Shown here in pieces: positions 15,809-29,014 of a DNA stretch of 64,000 nt (position 1 is its first letter; each line of letters begins with the position of its first letter). The notes below the pieces were generated by a model, which made no database searches, was not told where the DNA came from, and was given only the letters and a program-made list of their open reading frames with translations. The translations under genes were made by a program, and so were the position numbers. Origin of the DNA: Selaginella moellendorffii (lineage: Eukaryota; Plantae; Lycopodiophyta). The stretch covers positions 248,001 through 312,000 of the forward strand of contig NW_003314296.1 of the NCBI RefSeq assembly GCF_000143415.4. The letters are read 5' to 3'.

Positions 15809-16197
15809 GGATCGATCGATCCAATCCAGCTCCCGCGATCGAAAGCCCTACGCACGACGCGACCGCGAAAGAGAGGGAAAATCAGACCACAGGGATCTTA
15901 TAATTTGCTTACAGCTCCGAGCCTGAATCCACTGCTTCCACGTGTCCAGTTTGTCGTGGCCGTTGGATCTCCGACTCGGGGATATGCGAATATAAATATG
16001 CGAATTTTAAACTTCAAAATTTAGGGCTTTTCGCGAATCACGCTTCTTTAAAAACGATGGACTTGAGGAAGATGGCCCTAGTTCATTAGAAAAAAAAGAT
16101 GATTTCATAGTCCATGAATAGCTCACAATTGGTTTCATACATTGTGAATGCAATAAACATGACAGTTGATGATATTCATTATAGTTTCATTTTGATA

Positions 16198-17784
16198 TTA
16201 GCAATTGCCCAACAAATGTTGGGTGGTTGGCAAATTTCATGCCATTTCAAGAGGTTTGCTGATGTTTGCTGTTTGATCAACTCCACAATTGAAAGACATT
16301 ATCTTGACCGAACATGAATGTCTTAACTATAACTTAGTGTGTGTAGGTGCTGGACATTTCAGAAAAACTAAGCTGTGGTGGCTGTGGTTATTGCTTAGCT
16401 CCTGCATCATGCCCCACAAGTTAGTTGTAATCATAAAATAGTAATGCACTTACTATACTTAGTTGTTGTCTAAACTCTTCAAATCCAGATTTCCTATGCT
16501 AGAAATTACAAACTCTGCCCATAAGCATTGCATAAGCTAGATTAGATCAGTGTTGAGTTGCAATCCTCCATTCTGAATGCAAAAAGAATGCTTCCAAGTC
16601 CATCTTTGGCCCAGGTGTTGCAAGTTGCTCCATAGGTTCCTCTTGGGATGAGCCAAAAACCATTATATGGCAATGAGAGCTGCACTTTGGGAAGCAATTG
16701 GATGAGAACTGTACCTCTACCATTAGCACCTTCATAACACGTTGCTATAGCCAAAATGGCACACCACCCACACACCATATTTCTTGTGGTGTGCACTTGA
16801 AACTCGCAACTGCAAGTTAAGGGTGGCTAAGCAAATAGCATTGTGGAATCATGGTTGGATTTAGAATTATGCCATGTAATTATCAGTCCACTTAAGAATT
16901 TCAGCATAGACTGTATTCATAGTGTAAAAGTGTTGATTATGTGGTATAAAATTGCCTTGAACAAGGGTTGCAAGCACTTGAACACAAAGTTGTTCAAGTG
17001 ATCTACACCTTGAGAGGGCAACATAAAGTTGACCATGTGTGAAAACAGGTTAGGGGAGGTAAATGCCAACATAGTTGAAAGTTTGGCCTTGGGCTTTAGA
17101 AATTGTTAAGCATTAACCAAATTAAGAATTGTCTTTAGGATATCTTAAAAGGGATTTCAACATCATAAGGTTTAAGAGTAATACGTGGAATAAAAACTCA
17201 CGATCCCTTGAATTGTCCTGTGATAATTTCACAATCTAAAACATTTCGAGATGTTTGCCTAAGAATGAGGTGAGTGCCATTGCATAAACCAATTTGTGGA
17301 AATATGTTCCTAAAAAGAATCAAAATTAGTTTATGTGGTGGTTGTCTCAATAGGGTGATTGAATTTAAGAATTCAATTGGGAACTCTTCAAGGTCATCTG
17401 AGTCAACCATATCAATGCTTAAGTGAACATATGGATCACCTGGTAGTCTTCCAACAATGTCATTATTTATTCTAAATATGTTATCTTTGAGTGGGGTGAG
17501 AATGAACTTTGATACAGCTATGTAAGTATTTATAATGTCATCAGTATTTGGGAAAACAAAGTTTACAATAGGGGTGGTGATAGATTTTTTCTGAATAGCT
17601 TTTTAAACTTGGCAATGGTGATAGTAATTTGTAGTTTCTATGTCTCCCACCAGATATTATCAAAATACCATATGCACTGAAAGATTCCTTGAACATATAT
17701 TCTTTGTTAGTGTTAGTGTTGTAAAGAATGATATAGTTTATTCATTTTAACTGAGCTTGAAATAATAGAAGTTTTATGGCCATG
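16198..17784 (-). mobile_element. Helitron 3' end with decayed PIF1-type helicase C-terminal part
   Basis: EEFPIEFLNSI..PPHKL..GLCNGT..NVLDCEIITG..FIPRI at about 17170-17410. Terminal hairpin CCCAACA-AA-TGTTGGG (about 16208-16223) followed on the minus strand by CTAA|T at 16198. Confidence 0.8.
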
Positions 17785-18838
17785 TGTAAGCCATAAATTT
17801 TATCCTTCCAATTTGCTAATTTACTTCGTTTATTTAACCAACACTGCCTTGGCTTTAGCTAAGTTCTCATCAAGGTTCTCGCCTATTGTACCAGCTCCTA
17901 CTTGGTCCTATTTGGTTTCAACTACTCACTGCACAAGCAACAGAACGTTAGCCATCCATCCACGGATTCCCAAATCTTTCCCAATCCCTCTCCCCGGGTT
18001 AGACTGGACTTAAGGTTCAGCTACACTTCCCGTAGGCACAAGTAGCCAAACACACCAAGCCTTTAAGTTCCTAACATCCCTTGGTACAATAAGACTTGAT
18101 CATGGGACCCTCTAAATCCCAAGCCTTGGGTGCAACACTTGCTTCGGGATGCCGGGGTGAAACATTGTGGCCTAATGGCCCGGTATGGGTACCTCTACCC
18201 CCCCACTCCCATCTCGAAAGGAAGGTCCACGCCTCTAGGAAGGGTGAGAACTAATGAGTCACAAGTAGTCAAGTGGGGCACCACTTCACATGAGCTGGGA
18301 GCACCGCAGTTAGTTTCCCTTCCAAGAGTGGGAGCTACTCTTGAGCACTTCTTTGGGTGGCCTTTCCAACACCACCCAAGTCCATGCAACCCCCCCCCGG
18401 GGACGATCACTTTGGGCTTTCACCCAATAGCTTGTATTAGTATTCGGACTCGGACTTGAACTTGAACTCAACTCGGACTCGGTCTCGGTCCCGATTTTGA
18501 ACTCAGACTCGGTCTCGGTCTCAATTCCATCTCGGACTCCATCTTGGGTCCATCTCAGACTCCATCTCGGGTCCATCTCGGGTCTATCTTGGACTCCATC
18601 TCGGGTCCATCTCGGACTCCATCTTGGGTCCTTTTGTGTCTCTTTTCTAGAGACTCACTTATCACTCATTTTGTGCTTGTTCCTCGAGCACTTCGTTGGG
18701 AATTCTATTCCCACTTTCAACCTTTCAAGTCGGAGCTTTTGGTCCAAACATGTTATGCTCATTTGGCTTTCGCTTCGGCCACTACCACATGGCACCCTTC
18801 TAGCTCCACTTTGGGGCCTAGGGATTTTATGTCTCACA
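17785..18838 (-). mobile_element. LTR of about 1.05 kb with an internal GAGATGGACCC/GAGTCC array; probably a 3' LTR
   Basis: TGTGAGAC...GGCTTACA termini on the minus strand, preceded by purine-rich GGGTGGTGGAGT (PPT-like). No TSD. Confidence 0.75.
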
Positions 18839-20194
18839 ACTCCACCACCCATAGACGAAGTTCGATGTCCTCATCAAATGATAAACTATTTTATAAAGTA
18901 ATACCAACATGTATTACCCTTTCCAATCTTGGCACCTCGCCAATATTTGTCAATAGTAGTGCATGCATCATTTCTTTCCTCGTAAGCCAACTGGAAAACG
19001 GGCAATTGCTTGATAAGAGAGCCCTTAGTGGCTATTTTATCCCTATTTATCCCTCAAGGTTTCCAAGGATCCACGGTGACAATATATCTAAATTTCATCC
19101 CATGATCACATGCGCTACATCAATGGTTTGATACCGAAGGCTCACCATGCCTTGCACATCCTCTAAGGAGGATAGTCTCTCCAACTTAGAAACTGATTGG
19201 ACCACTTGTGGTGATTCTCTCTTTTCATTGGTTTAGTTTTCGCTAAACCTATTAGAGACACTATCTCTATCTTAATTCCACTACTACTTCTTCAGTAGTC
19301 TCAGTTTCCATTGATATAACCTTTGCACTTTGGAACTTTTACTTTTGACTTCTTGAAGTCAACTTTTTAGGTGTCTTTAACACGTTGCATTGCACATATT
19401 GTACAATTCCACTTCCCCATCCTAAAAAGTTCTCTATTTGAGGGCATCATCATCCTCTCTTTTATTTCATGCCACCTTGGGCATTAAGTTCCAATTATCA
19501 TAATTTGTGCTAGGGCTATCCATGGCCCTATTATTTAGCTACCTTACCACTCCTTACTTTGGAGCTTTCGCTTTTGCCAAATCAGAGCAATTGGGAATCC
19601 ATCCTTGGAGACACATTGCCTTTTCCACAATTCGTTAGCACTCAACACATCAGTGTTCTTGGCTTAACTTTGTCTTTTTGGATTCTTTCCCATGATTCGC
19701 ATGGCTCTTTTTTTAGCCACTAGTCTTTTGCTCCTATCTTTGATTGTTGCACCTAGCAACATCAGATCGCTACCTTTGTTCTCGAGGTATCATTTCAGTT
19801 CCATAGCAAAGACTTTTCTTTGCCAAGTCCAGAGGGTGTTCACCCCTAGTACGTCTCTTTAGCATTTTTTACTGTGGGCTCTATCCCTGGCCCAACTTTG
19901 GGACCCTCCCATGGGTCTCTTATAGAGACTACTTTCTTCGGACATCCTATGCTATTGTATTGTCACAGATCATTTCCCTTAAAGCTCTATTTCGTTAAAG
20001 TGGGATTTATTCAGTAAAATGGGACTAGGTACAAATTTTCAAGTATTTGAAAATGATGTGAAATTATATGTTTTTTGTCCAGGGGCTAGACATATCTGGG
20101 GCATGGTGACTAGCGCGGTGACTTTGTGTCCAGACTGAGTCCATCTGGTTGTATAATAAATCTCATTGTCAAGGTGAACAAGCCGAATCTGAAG

Positions 20195-21769
20195 CTAAAG
20201 AAGAGCGATGGCATGCGCGCACACACTATTTGTTTGTTCATTGAGCGTGTGGCATGGGGCCCCACGCGATACTGTAAGCCTTTGCTCCTCCTCCAGCTGA
20301 ACCCTGTATGGGGTTCGATCGACAAGGGCCTTATGCAAGGGTTGGCCGTTCAGCTCAGTCTGTGTACTTTGCAGAGACCTTAAGTGTTTTGCTAGGGACG
20401 CAATCATCATGTTTGCACCCCCGCCACCCCATAGAGGTACAAAGAAGTTCCCATAGTTCTGGGCACCATGCCCATGAGCGATTATGCCAAACAGAGACAC
20501 AGGCAGCTGCATGGATGAAGAGATTGCCTTGGGGGCAGGATTGAGTCGAGGTAAGCACGTCTTTTTCTGGTCCATTTTGTCGTGGATGATGCAGAGGTAA
20601 GAGTCAGGTCTCTCCATGGAGAGAATCCTGTTATGATAATATGCAGTCCTGCAGCTTCTCTGCTCGATGTTGTGGTCGAGCCGCCTTCTAACCAATGTCT
20701 CTCGCTCTTGAGCGATGCAAGAATTCTTCGACAAAGCCATTTTGATAGCAGTGCACTCGTCACACTTTGAAAAGCTGGAGTACTTTCCTATACTCACATC
20801 CCTGAACCTGTTGCTCCACAATCTACTAAATCTAGATTGACTCAGCTTCCTGTAGCCATTACTCTGGAGTTCCCGATTCACATCTTCCAATATGGCCCCC
20901 TTGGTATACATGGAAGGGAGAACTCGTTGGGTGTCTCGAGTTCCATCTTCCAAAAGGCGGGTTTTATGTGGTTGCTACTCGCTATATGTCTCGACAAACC
21001 TCTTGAAGATTGCCTCTCCATATACAACATGACCCCTGGTTTTGTGAGTACCGTCGTTCCCATGGACTGCCTGTTGAACCCTTTGTTCCTCGAACTCAGT
21101 TTTGATTCTGTAGAATGTGGTTCGAGGGACTCCATAAATGATTCTCCATGCCTTCATGCAGACCAAACCCCTCTGGAAGACCATGCCCCCCACCTGATGT
21201 TCTGAAGCATCAATAGATGACCGTAATGCCTCATACACAAAATTGCGAGCTGCCTTCCAGGACAATGTCTTGTATCTTGCTCTCTCCTCTTCAATAGCAT
21301 CCCAATCAGCATGTTGACAGCACCTCCTCTTACAACAAGCAACTGTCGAGACCATTCGAACCTCCATCGCCATTTTCTGCCTTTTCGGTTCGTTGCTCAG
21401 ATCCCTTTGGCTGCGCTTTAGGAAGGTGTACTTTCTTTTCCCATGAAGAGATGTTCTGTCATCAGTTGTAGTGGTGTTTGATTGTGAATCCTTCACATTC
21501 TCAAACACTAAGTGCCTCAATTTCCACCGCACAATGCTTCCAATAGTCAGACTGTTTTCTTCTGTGTCAACAACCTCTAAAATCACAACTCCAATATCAT
21601 CCCAGCCCAATTCTTGATTAGCAACCGCATCTCTTGGATCGACAACTGTGGCTAAGCCCTCAGCTACCACCTCCCCCTCGGGGTTGTTTAGAAACACCTT
21701 TGCCTGAATCCATGTAGCACGGTTCTTAAGATCCACGGAGGGAACATGCGTCGCACTTGCGGAGGCCAT
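20195..21769 (-). pseudogene. Sola-like DDE transposase with one in-frame stop and a missing C-terminal catalytic half
   Basis: CCKRRCC, VCMKAWRIIYGV..TFYR, HGN, FSKCDEC...H, YLCIIHDKMDQKKTCLP and GIIAHGHG. The two ORFs are in frame across a TAG at 20975-20977. No LQxDN or GHTH motif before the left TIR. Confidence 0.7.
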
Positions 21770-24700
21770 TCTGAAAGTGCAGAAAAGAAGTTAAGACCAT
21801 ACAAAAAATGATTGGAGAATGGCCTAAATCATAACATACCAAACAACCTCAATAGCATGAGGCCACATGCCATTATTCAAACATGCTATTGACACCCACG
21901 TGAAATTTCGCATTCACAAAATTGGCATGAGGCCTCATGCCATCTTGATAAACACACAGCTACAGGCAGGTAAAGAAACTATTGGCAATATGCTAGTGAT
22001 GAACTTACAAGCCCCAAGATGGCATGAGCCCTCATACCATTAGTGGTACCGTAGCGCCGCTCGCACCACCGCAACTACTCGTAGCGCCGCTTGCACAAAC
22101 TGCCACTCGCATAAACTGCCGCTTGCACAAACTGCCACTCGCATAAACTGCCGCTTGCAATGGCGCTCGCAATGCCGCAACCGCTCGTAGACGCATAAAC
22201 CACAGCTCACAACGCCGCTTACACAAGCAGCGCTCACTGCGCTTAGCGAAACCAAGAACACGGTGCACAAAAATGACAGACCTAGGAATGAGTTTAAGAA
22301 TTCAAAAATAATACACGCTTGAACGTCACATCAAATCCTCTGACAAACCAGATTTTATCATTCCTCTGACAAATTTCAAACTGAGTAGCTTCTAGACTTT
22401 GCTGTCGGAGGTTGAACTTTGTCACATCATGTCCTTGCCTCGATCCAGCTGTGCCATGTCAGTGATTCGAATTTTGCCATGCCATGTCAGCGATCCGCGC
22501 CAAGATTATTCACCGTGTAAAGGAATAATTATGCTGTGTGTGTACGTCCATTTATGGCAATGTAAGGCCACACGCCATTCAAAGAATAATGCTAGTCGAG
22601 CATTTTTTGGTGCATTTTTGGGTTCAAAATTGCATGAGCCCACATGCTATAAAGTTTACCTATACCAAAAATAGAAACAGCTTTATTTACTTGGGAATTT
22701 AAGTGGTTGAGGCATTTTTAAACTTACAAACACATGCCCTACTTACATTCCTTTGGTTGCTTAAAATTCAAAAATATTATAAACCTTTCTTTTTGCATTT
22801 TCAATGTTTTCAATTATGGTTTTTGATTTTCGCAGGACCAGCCTAGTAATCTATTTGCATCCCGTCATGTTTATAGCTAGCTTTCGTTTGTCCCCTTCGC
22901 TAGCCTGAGATACATCTGCTCGGCATCTGCCTCTTACAGCATTTGCCCAGAAAGGGCATCTTTCTTCACGCAGCATTTGCCACATGTTTAGGGTTTAGGG
23001 TTTAGCAATTCAATAGCTTGATAAACATGCAAATACAGAACTTGATGCAAAATCCTTTGATATGTCACAATGCCCCTAGGACCATAAACACATTTCAATA
23101 GAGAGGGTCCTTTCATTTCATAACTCCTTACGTAGATCTTGGTGAAACCAGAGTTAGTGAAGTTAGTTTCTTGTGATCCCGCATCTGATTGTGATGTCCC
23201 TTTGCAGTGTCGATGGAAAGGTCAATGCACACCAAACTGTAAAATCTTGGAGCAAAATAACGGTCGGATCTATGGCAAATGCCCCTGAAACATTGTAAGG
23301 CTCGTGTGGTCTCATGTGGTGTCCGATCGAGATGCTTCTTTGCAGGGTCATCAAGAAGGACATTGTATACCATTCTTTATTTAGCTGAACATCTGGCATT
23401 TTTGGAAATACAAGATGCTTTGGAATATCCAATCATGCATGGTATAAATATAGCGAGGGTATTAAATGATATCCCAATCATGATCTTTCTTTTGGATTTC
23501 GCGTGCATGCAGTCCGAGGAATGATGACATTGCGGATTTCTTTTGGATTTCACGTGCATGCATGCGCGCGGCGATCCAAAAATTAATGGTGGCGCCCAAG
23601 TCCGAGGAATGATGACGTTGCGGGATTATCAACCGTCGTGACATTTCGCGCGTGTGAGGTTAGGTTTTGCATTTTGCTTTGTACTCGCGCTCGCATCGCG
23701 CTCCCACTCACGATCACGCTCATCTACCTTCTCTACAAGTTTCTCGTGTGCATCGGCGTCCACTCGTGCTTGCATCACACTCGCGCTCGCATGGCGCTCG
23801 TGTGCATCGGCGTCCACTTCAAGACACACCTAGTTTGTAACTTTGCCACCAACTCCGCCGCCCACTCCGCCACCCACACGCAGCCCACTTGGCGTCCCGG
23901 GAGATTTCAGCGCCACTCTCCAACAGTAAGTGGCAGAGTAGCCTTGCTGCTACGATCCGCTGCACACACAGTGCACATTCGCCAGCGAGTCCGGCCTCAA
24001 TTGTCATGCCTTCATTCGGCTTCAAATGGTAAGTCTTTTAGGCCAAGTAGAAAATGGCATGAGGCCACATGCCATTCAGTAGCAACATTGGCATGCACTG
24101 ATTGGGCTCTCGAGTGCAGTCCGGTTACAGATGGCGTGTAGCCTCACGCCATCTTAGGATGCAGCCTCAAGACATCTGATACAGTGGTGAATGGCATGTG
24201 GCCTCACGTTATTTCCAGCTGCTAGCTTTTCATCTGTCAGCTCTAATTGTTGTGCATTTCTGAACAGGCGAGGAATTGCGTTCTTCTTCCAGCCACTGTC
24301 AATGTGGATGCAGAGAAGGGGGAGGAGCTCACCAGTTGGACTTTCGGGATGGAAGGCGAGGATCTGAGGCTGTACAACACAGATGGTGGGAGAAAAGAAT
24401 GCATGGGGATCCTCATCCAAGTGACAGACACTCCATGCAGTTCCATGCAAGAATATGGACTAGCACTTGTGGTAGAGACAGCGTCCGCCTTCAAGATCCA
24501 CCTTGCACATCCTAGCGGCTTCCCGGAGGGGGGCAGTGGCTATGAGGAATTCCTAGAGGGAGCTAGGGAGAGGTTGTCCAGGAGGCCCACAATTTCAAAG
24601 ACGCTGCGGGTCTATGAAGATCACATGGAATCCACGGACCTCACCTACGGCGATGTTCAAAAACTATATTCCAACATTGAGCCGTTGAGAGTGACTCCAG

Positions 24701-26298
24701 TTCGCAAAGCGAAGGGGAAGGGGGTTGATCTGGAAACTACCCTGAAGCAGAAAAGGGTGGTCAAGCTCAAGCCGACGTCGGACTCTCCTGCTCCAAAAAA
24801 GAAGCTACTCGGTGATGCCATTGCCTCGGGTGCAAACACTACACCCACCAAAAAGAAGAGCCGCAAAGAGCAGAAAGAGCAAGAAGAGGCAGCAAAAATC
24901 GTCGCAGATAATAGTACTTGTTATTATTCCAACAAAGTATATACAATTGACGTGAGCCACATCGACATCCAAAGTAAATACAACCACAGGCTAGTATCTG
25001 ATGAGTGGGTGGAGAAACTGAAGCAGAAGATGCTGGCAAGTCCAGTAACACCCGACATCGCAGACGTGATCCCCTACTACCGAACAATGAAGGGCGAGAC
25101 GAGGTTTCCAGACTTGATCAATAGGAAGGTGTTGGACGGTCAGAACATCCGGTTCTATGCCGTCTCCGGGCAGCATTCTAGCTTGGCGATGCAAGAGATA
25201 GTTGTGGATATTATGGTGGGCGAGGAGGTGAAGAAAGTCTTCAAGACAAGAGTTGTCCGCCTGATAAAAGGCAACTCGCCCCTCCAATCTATCATATACA
25301 TCTCCCACGCGCAGAATGTCAAGCAAGAAACGTGCTACAAATCAGGTCTGCACGAGACATTGGCACGAACACGGAAGCTCTGGGTTCAACTAAAGAAGCC
25401 ACAAAAACCAGGACAAGGACGTGCACTAGCAACTAGCGCCTGGCAGGTAAGCCTCGTTGCATGTGGCATAGCATGTGGCCTCACGCCATTTCCATTGCAG
25501 GAATTCTCGAGTCTTCTCTCGAAAACACTGGGGGTCAATGACACACTCAGCATCCATAACATTCTACTTGCGACAAAAGTTGTTTTTGACAAATGGGTAG
25601 ATGTGCTGAGGAGGTACCATGACGGGGAGTTGCTAAACTCAATGGGTGTGGAGGACGGCCGGTCCAGGAGGTGGCTGCAGAAATCAACCAAATGGCAGAT
25701 GGAACGGTATATCAGAAGCCATTTGATCGGACAGACACCAGTCATCATTTATGGCATGTATATTGTCTAGCCAAGCACTATCCGCATCTCCATAATTTGC
25801 TCAACCGGATGGGTTTTTCGACCACTGAACATGAGCGTGGACGTATTAGAGAAGAGATGGCATTACTATTGGGTTTAAATCCTGATAGTGTGGAGAGTGA
25901 TGAAATTCCAAGATTATTGTATAGGCGTTGGAGGCAAAAAATAACAGTCTGAGATGGCATGTATTTATTTAAAAATGTAACTTATTATGGCATGGGGTTC
26001 CATGCCATTGTATTAATATTAAAAGACAATTCTTTGAGAGGATTTGCATTATACTAGAAGTGTTACAGCATGTTATTGGAAGTCTACGAAGTTGTTTTAT
26101 TAATAAGGGGAAAGTAAAGATTGAATGGGGACTTGGGTTCCACCTAGACTCGGAGCAACTGAGCCAATATTAAAAGGATGGAAAGAAATTGGACGACGAT
26201 GACAAGGAGAAGAGAGAGGTGAAGTAGTGGCAGGGGGAGGAGAAGTGATTGAGTAGACATTTCCTTGTTTAAAATAAAATGGCATGTGCCTCAATGCA
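20250..26298. repeat. Dispersed 20-bp palindrome TGGCATG(A/T)GGCC(T/A)CATGCCA, at least 11 copies
   Basis: Copies start at 20250, 21853, 21923 (perfect palindrome), 22020, 22630, 24055, 24132, 24192, 25469, 25988 and 26280, with a degenerate copy near 22555. Confidence 0.85.
24269..25770 (+). CDS. Transposon accessory protein with a ParB/Sulfiredoxin-like motif; gene ends uncertain
   Basis: Long ORF with a Lys-rich NLS-like stretch, then IDVSHIDI...NHRLVSDEWVEKLKQKM...FYAVSGQHSSLAM (GxH motif). Acceptor at 24268 and an in-frame 54-nt intron at 25447-25500. Confidence 0.55.
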
Positions 26299-29014
26299 GT
26301 TGAATTTTGTTATATTTATATACTATATAAAGGTTTGGAAACCTTATTTTACAAGTGGGATAATGACAATTCCCACTTTAACGAAATAGAGCTTTTCTTT
26401 AGTTTTCTTGGCACTAGAAGATTAGTTCACTATTGAACCAATCTTCCTAGCATTAAGGGAGTTACTCCTTTTCTTTTTTCTTTTATTCCCTTGGTGTTGG
26501 AAAATTGATTTGGCAATGAACTAATCTCCCCAGCACCAAAGAAATTGCTTCTAATTTTCTTCAAAACTTTTTTTTAGGTTTTTGGTCTTTTTATGCAGAC
26601 TTATAAATCATGCCATAATAGAAGAAGTGTACCGGTCAACCTCAATGGATCCGTTCTCTAGGAAAATGACTAGATAGTTGTGCTAAATTCACTAGGAATA
26701 TCTCACAAGTTTAAAGAGTTGCTTCAAAGGAAGACTATGGTGGGAGTAGTGGTGTCTAAATCTAAGCAATGGTTAATCCTAATCCTAGTGTCAGCATGTA
26801 AGAGCCAGATGGTTCTAGAGAGTGCGGAAATGCAAAACCTATCTATAGTGCAAGAGAAGCTGCTGCTAGTGGTGGAAATAAGGCACCTAGTGCCATAGGT
26901 GGTAAGGCAGAACTTGGTGGCAGAAATGAGGCACCTAGTGCTATAGGTGGTGAGGCAGATCTTGGTGGTGGAAATGGCGGATATGTTGCTACTCCTAAAG
27001 GTCACAGAAATGAGGTGGTAACTATGCTAGAGGCTGACATGATCTTGAATGAGCAAGTACACAAAACTATTGTCCAGGCTCAAAAACAAACTATCAAGAG
27101 GGTGTTAGGTGAAATGGCTTAGAAAGGATCCTAACATCTTCAAATTCCACTTTGACGTTTTAAGCAAAGTCATTAGGTGCACTTAGCCTACAACCTCAAC
27201 ATGGCTATTTATACCTCTTTCACAAAGGTTGGATTTGGGCACACTGCTAGATCATTTATTATATCTTCATCATTCCCCAGAACAAATCACATAGACATGG
27301 TTACTCACAAGATCAAGCAAACTTGGGATCAGATATGGTAGAGGAAATCTCAAGAGTTTGATACTTTGATTGTGTGCCACAAGGAGACACAAGCCTTTAT
27401 AGGCAAGATGTTCTTCATTATTGATGGAAACCACCAATGGCTAGTGTTTTAGAGGTGTATTTAAGAGAAGTTCTAGGACAATAACAAGCAACATATTTGT
27501 GTTCCAATGACATTTGTGGAGCTAAAGGATTGAAACCAAGCTATGAGGTTCAACCTTGCATATCACAAGATCAATATATAAAAATCCCTTGCTAGTAACC
27601 TTTATTCTCACCAACTATGTTACAGGCTTAATCAGTTTACTTTCCAAGCACATACCTTGGTCCATAATATCGAGCACCTTTGATTATGTTAGCATGCTTT
27701 CTCTTGAGGAAATCTAAATGCTGTATAGTCGCGAGGTTATGGAACAAGTTCAAGCAAAGCTTGTAGCACGTAAAGGCCAAGAGTTGCTTATTTGGTATCA
27801 AGTGCCTATGGATATTTTGGTTATAGTCTTGGCAAAGGTATTTTTTTCTTGCATTAACTTGTGTTTTCTACTCACAATTTTTTTTTAGCCAATTGTCAAG
27901 GCGGAGCAAAACTTATACTTGAAGATTACTCAAGTGATAGATGAGTTGTAAAAGAACCTTGAACTACAACAAATTGAGCAATGCATTTTGAAATCGAAGA
28001 AGTTAAAGGTGAAAAACTACTTGCAATTGCGAACATCCAATGCGATAAAGATTGGCTGAATTGCATTGCAAATATATTCTCTCATGGTAATAATTTAGTC
28101 CCTTTTATCTTTTTCATTCCACTTTGAAATCCTTGTCCTTGCAGGAAATGGTAAAGCACCTGAAGAATTGATTTATAACATCACAAAAAGCAAGCTCTCC
28201 TTCAACGAACAAACCTCTTGCTTGGAGCTCCTCAACACTTAGCATCATAATAATGATAAGAGGCTAGAGAGCAAACTTCAGAATGTGAAGGAGAAGCTCT
28301 ATATCACTCAAAGTATTGCAACTGTTATGGAGGTACTTCAAGTATGGGATACGAAGTTCCTTACTAGTGCCCGCACTGGTATAGCACTTCTAGAATACGT
28401 CCAAACTTCCCTTTAAGAGCTTGGGGATGGATGGCTTCTTGATGGCAGCTCAAGCTTCATGGATTTCAAGAATCAATTGGGCCAACCATTTTTCTTGTGC
28501 TGCATGATATATAGGTATATTGCAAGAAATTGACTTGCTTATTTAATCATGGCTCTTTTATAGGTATTTAAATCATTGCCCATGTGCTCCAATATATATA
28601 GCAAGTGTTTTTTTAAAGCTCTTAACTAGTGGGAAGAAACTTGGCACGTATGAGCTAGAGTTTCATTGTCCCACTGCGTGAAAGTGAGAACTTTGTCAAT
28701 GGTACTTGGAGTTGTGGAGGCAAATGCCATCATCACCTTTTGAGCTCGATCTCTACCTTGAGTGTTATCCAGGTTTGATGAGTAAAACTTCCTAGCAGTA
28801 ACTCATATTTCTACTTTATTGTAGAGGCACTTTGGAGGGAGTGGAGATGCCTTAGGACAGGGATGAGATTCATATTGAGCAAACCGAAGAGGAACAAGTG
28901 GAAAACCCAACTGAAAACTCTCTTTCCCTATCTCATCCTACTATAGTTACTCATTCCCTAAATTCTATTGTTGTTGCTCATCTAGCCCTGATTGCTCAAA
29001 ATGTACGAAGGCAG

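Larger units (their letters stand above)
19981..26395. mobile_element. TIR DNA transposon (Sola-like/DUF7869-type transposase) carrying a divergent ParB-like gene; internally deleted
   Basis: Perfect 25-bp TIRs AAAGCTCTATTTCGTTAAAGTGGGA at 19981-20005 and 26371-26395. Flanks CCTT/TCTT may be a 4-bp TSD with one transition. Confidence 0.82.
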
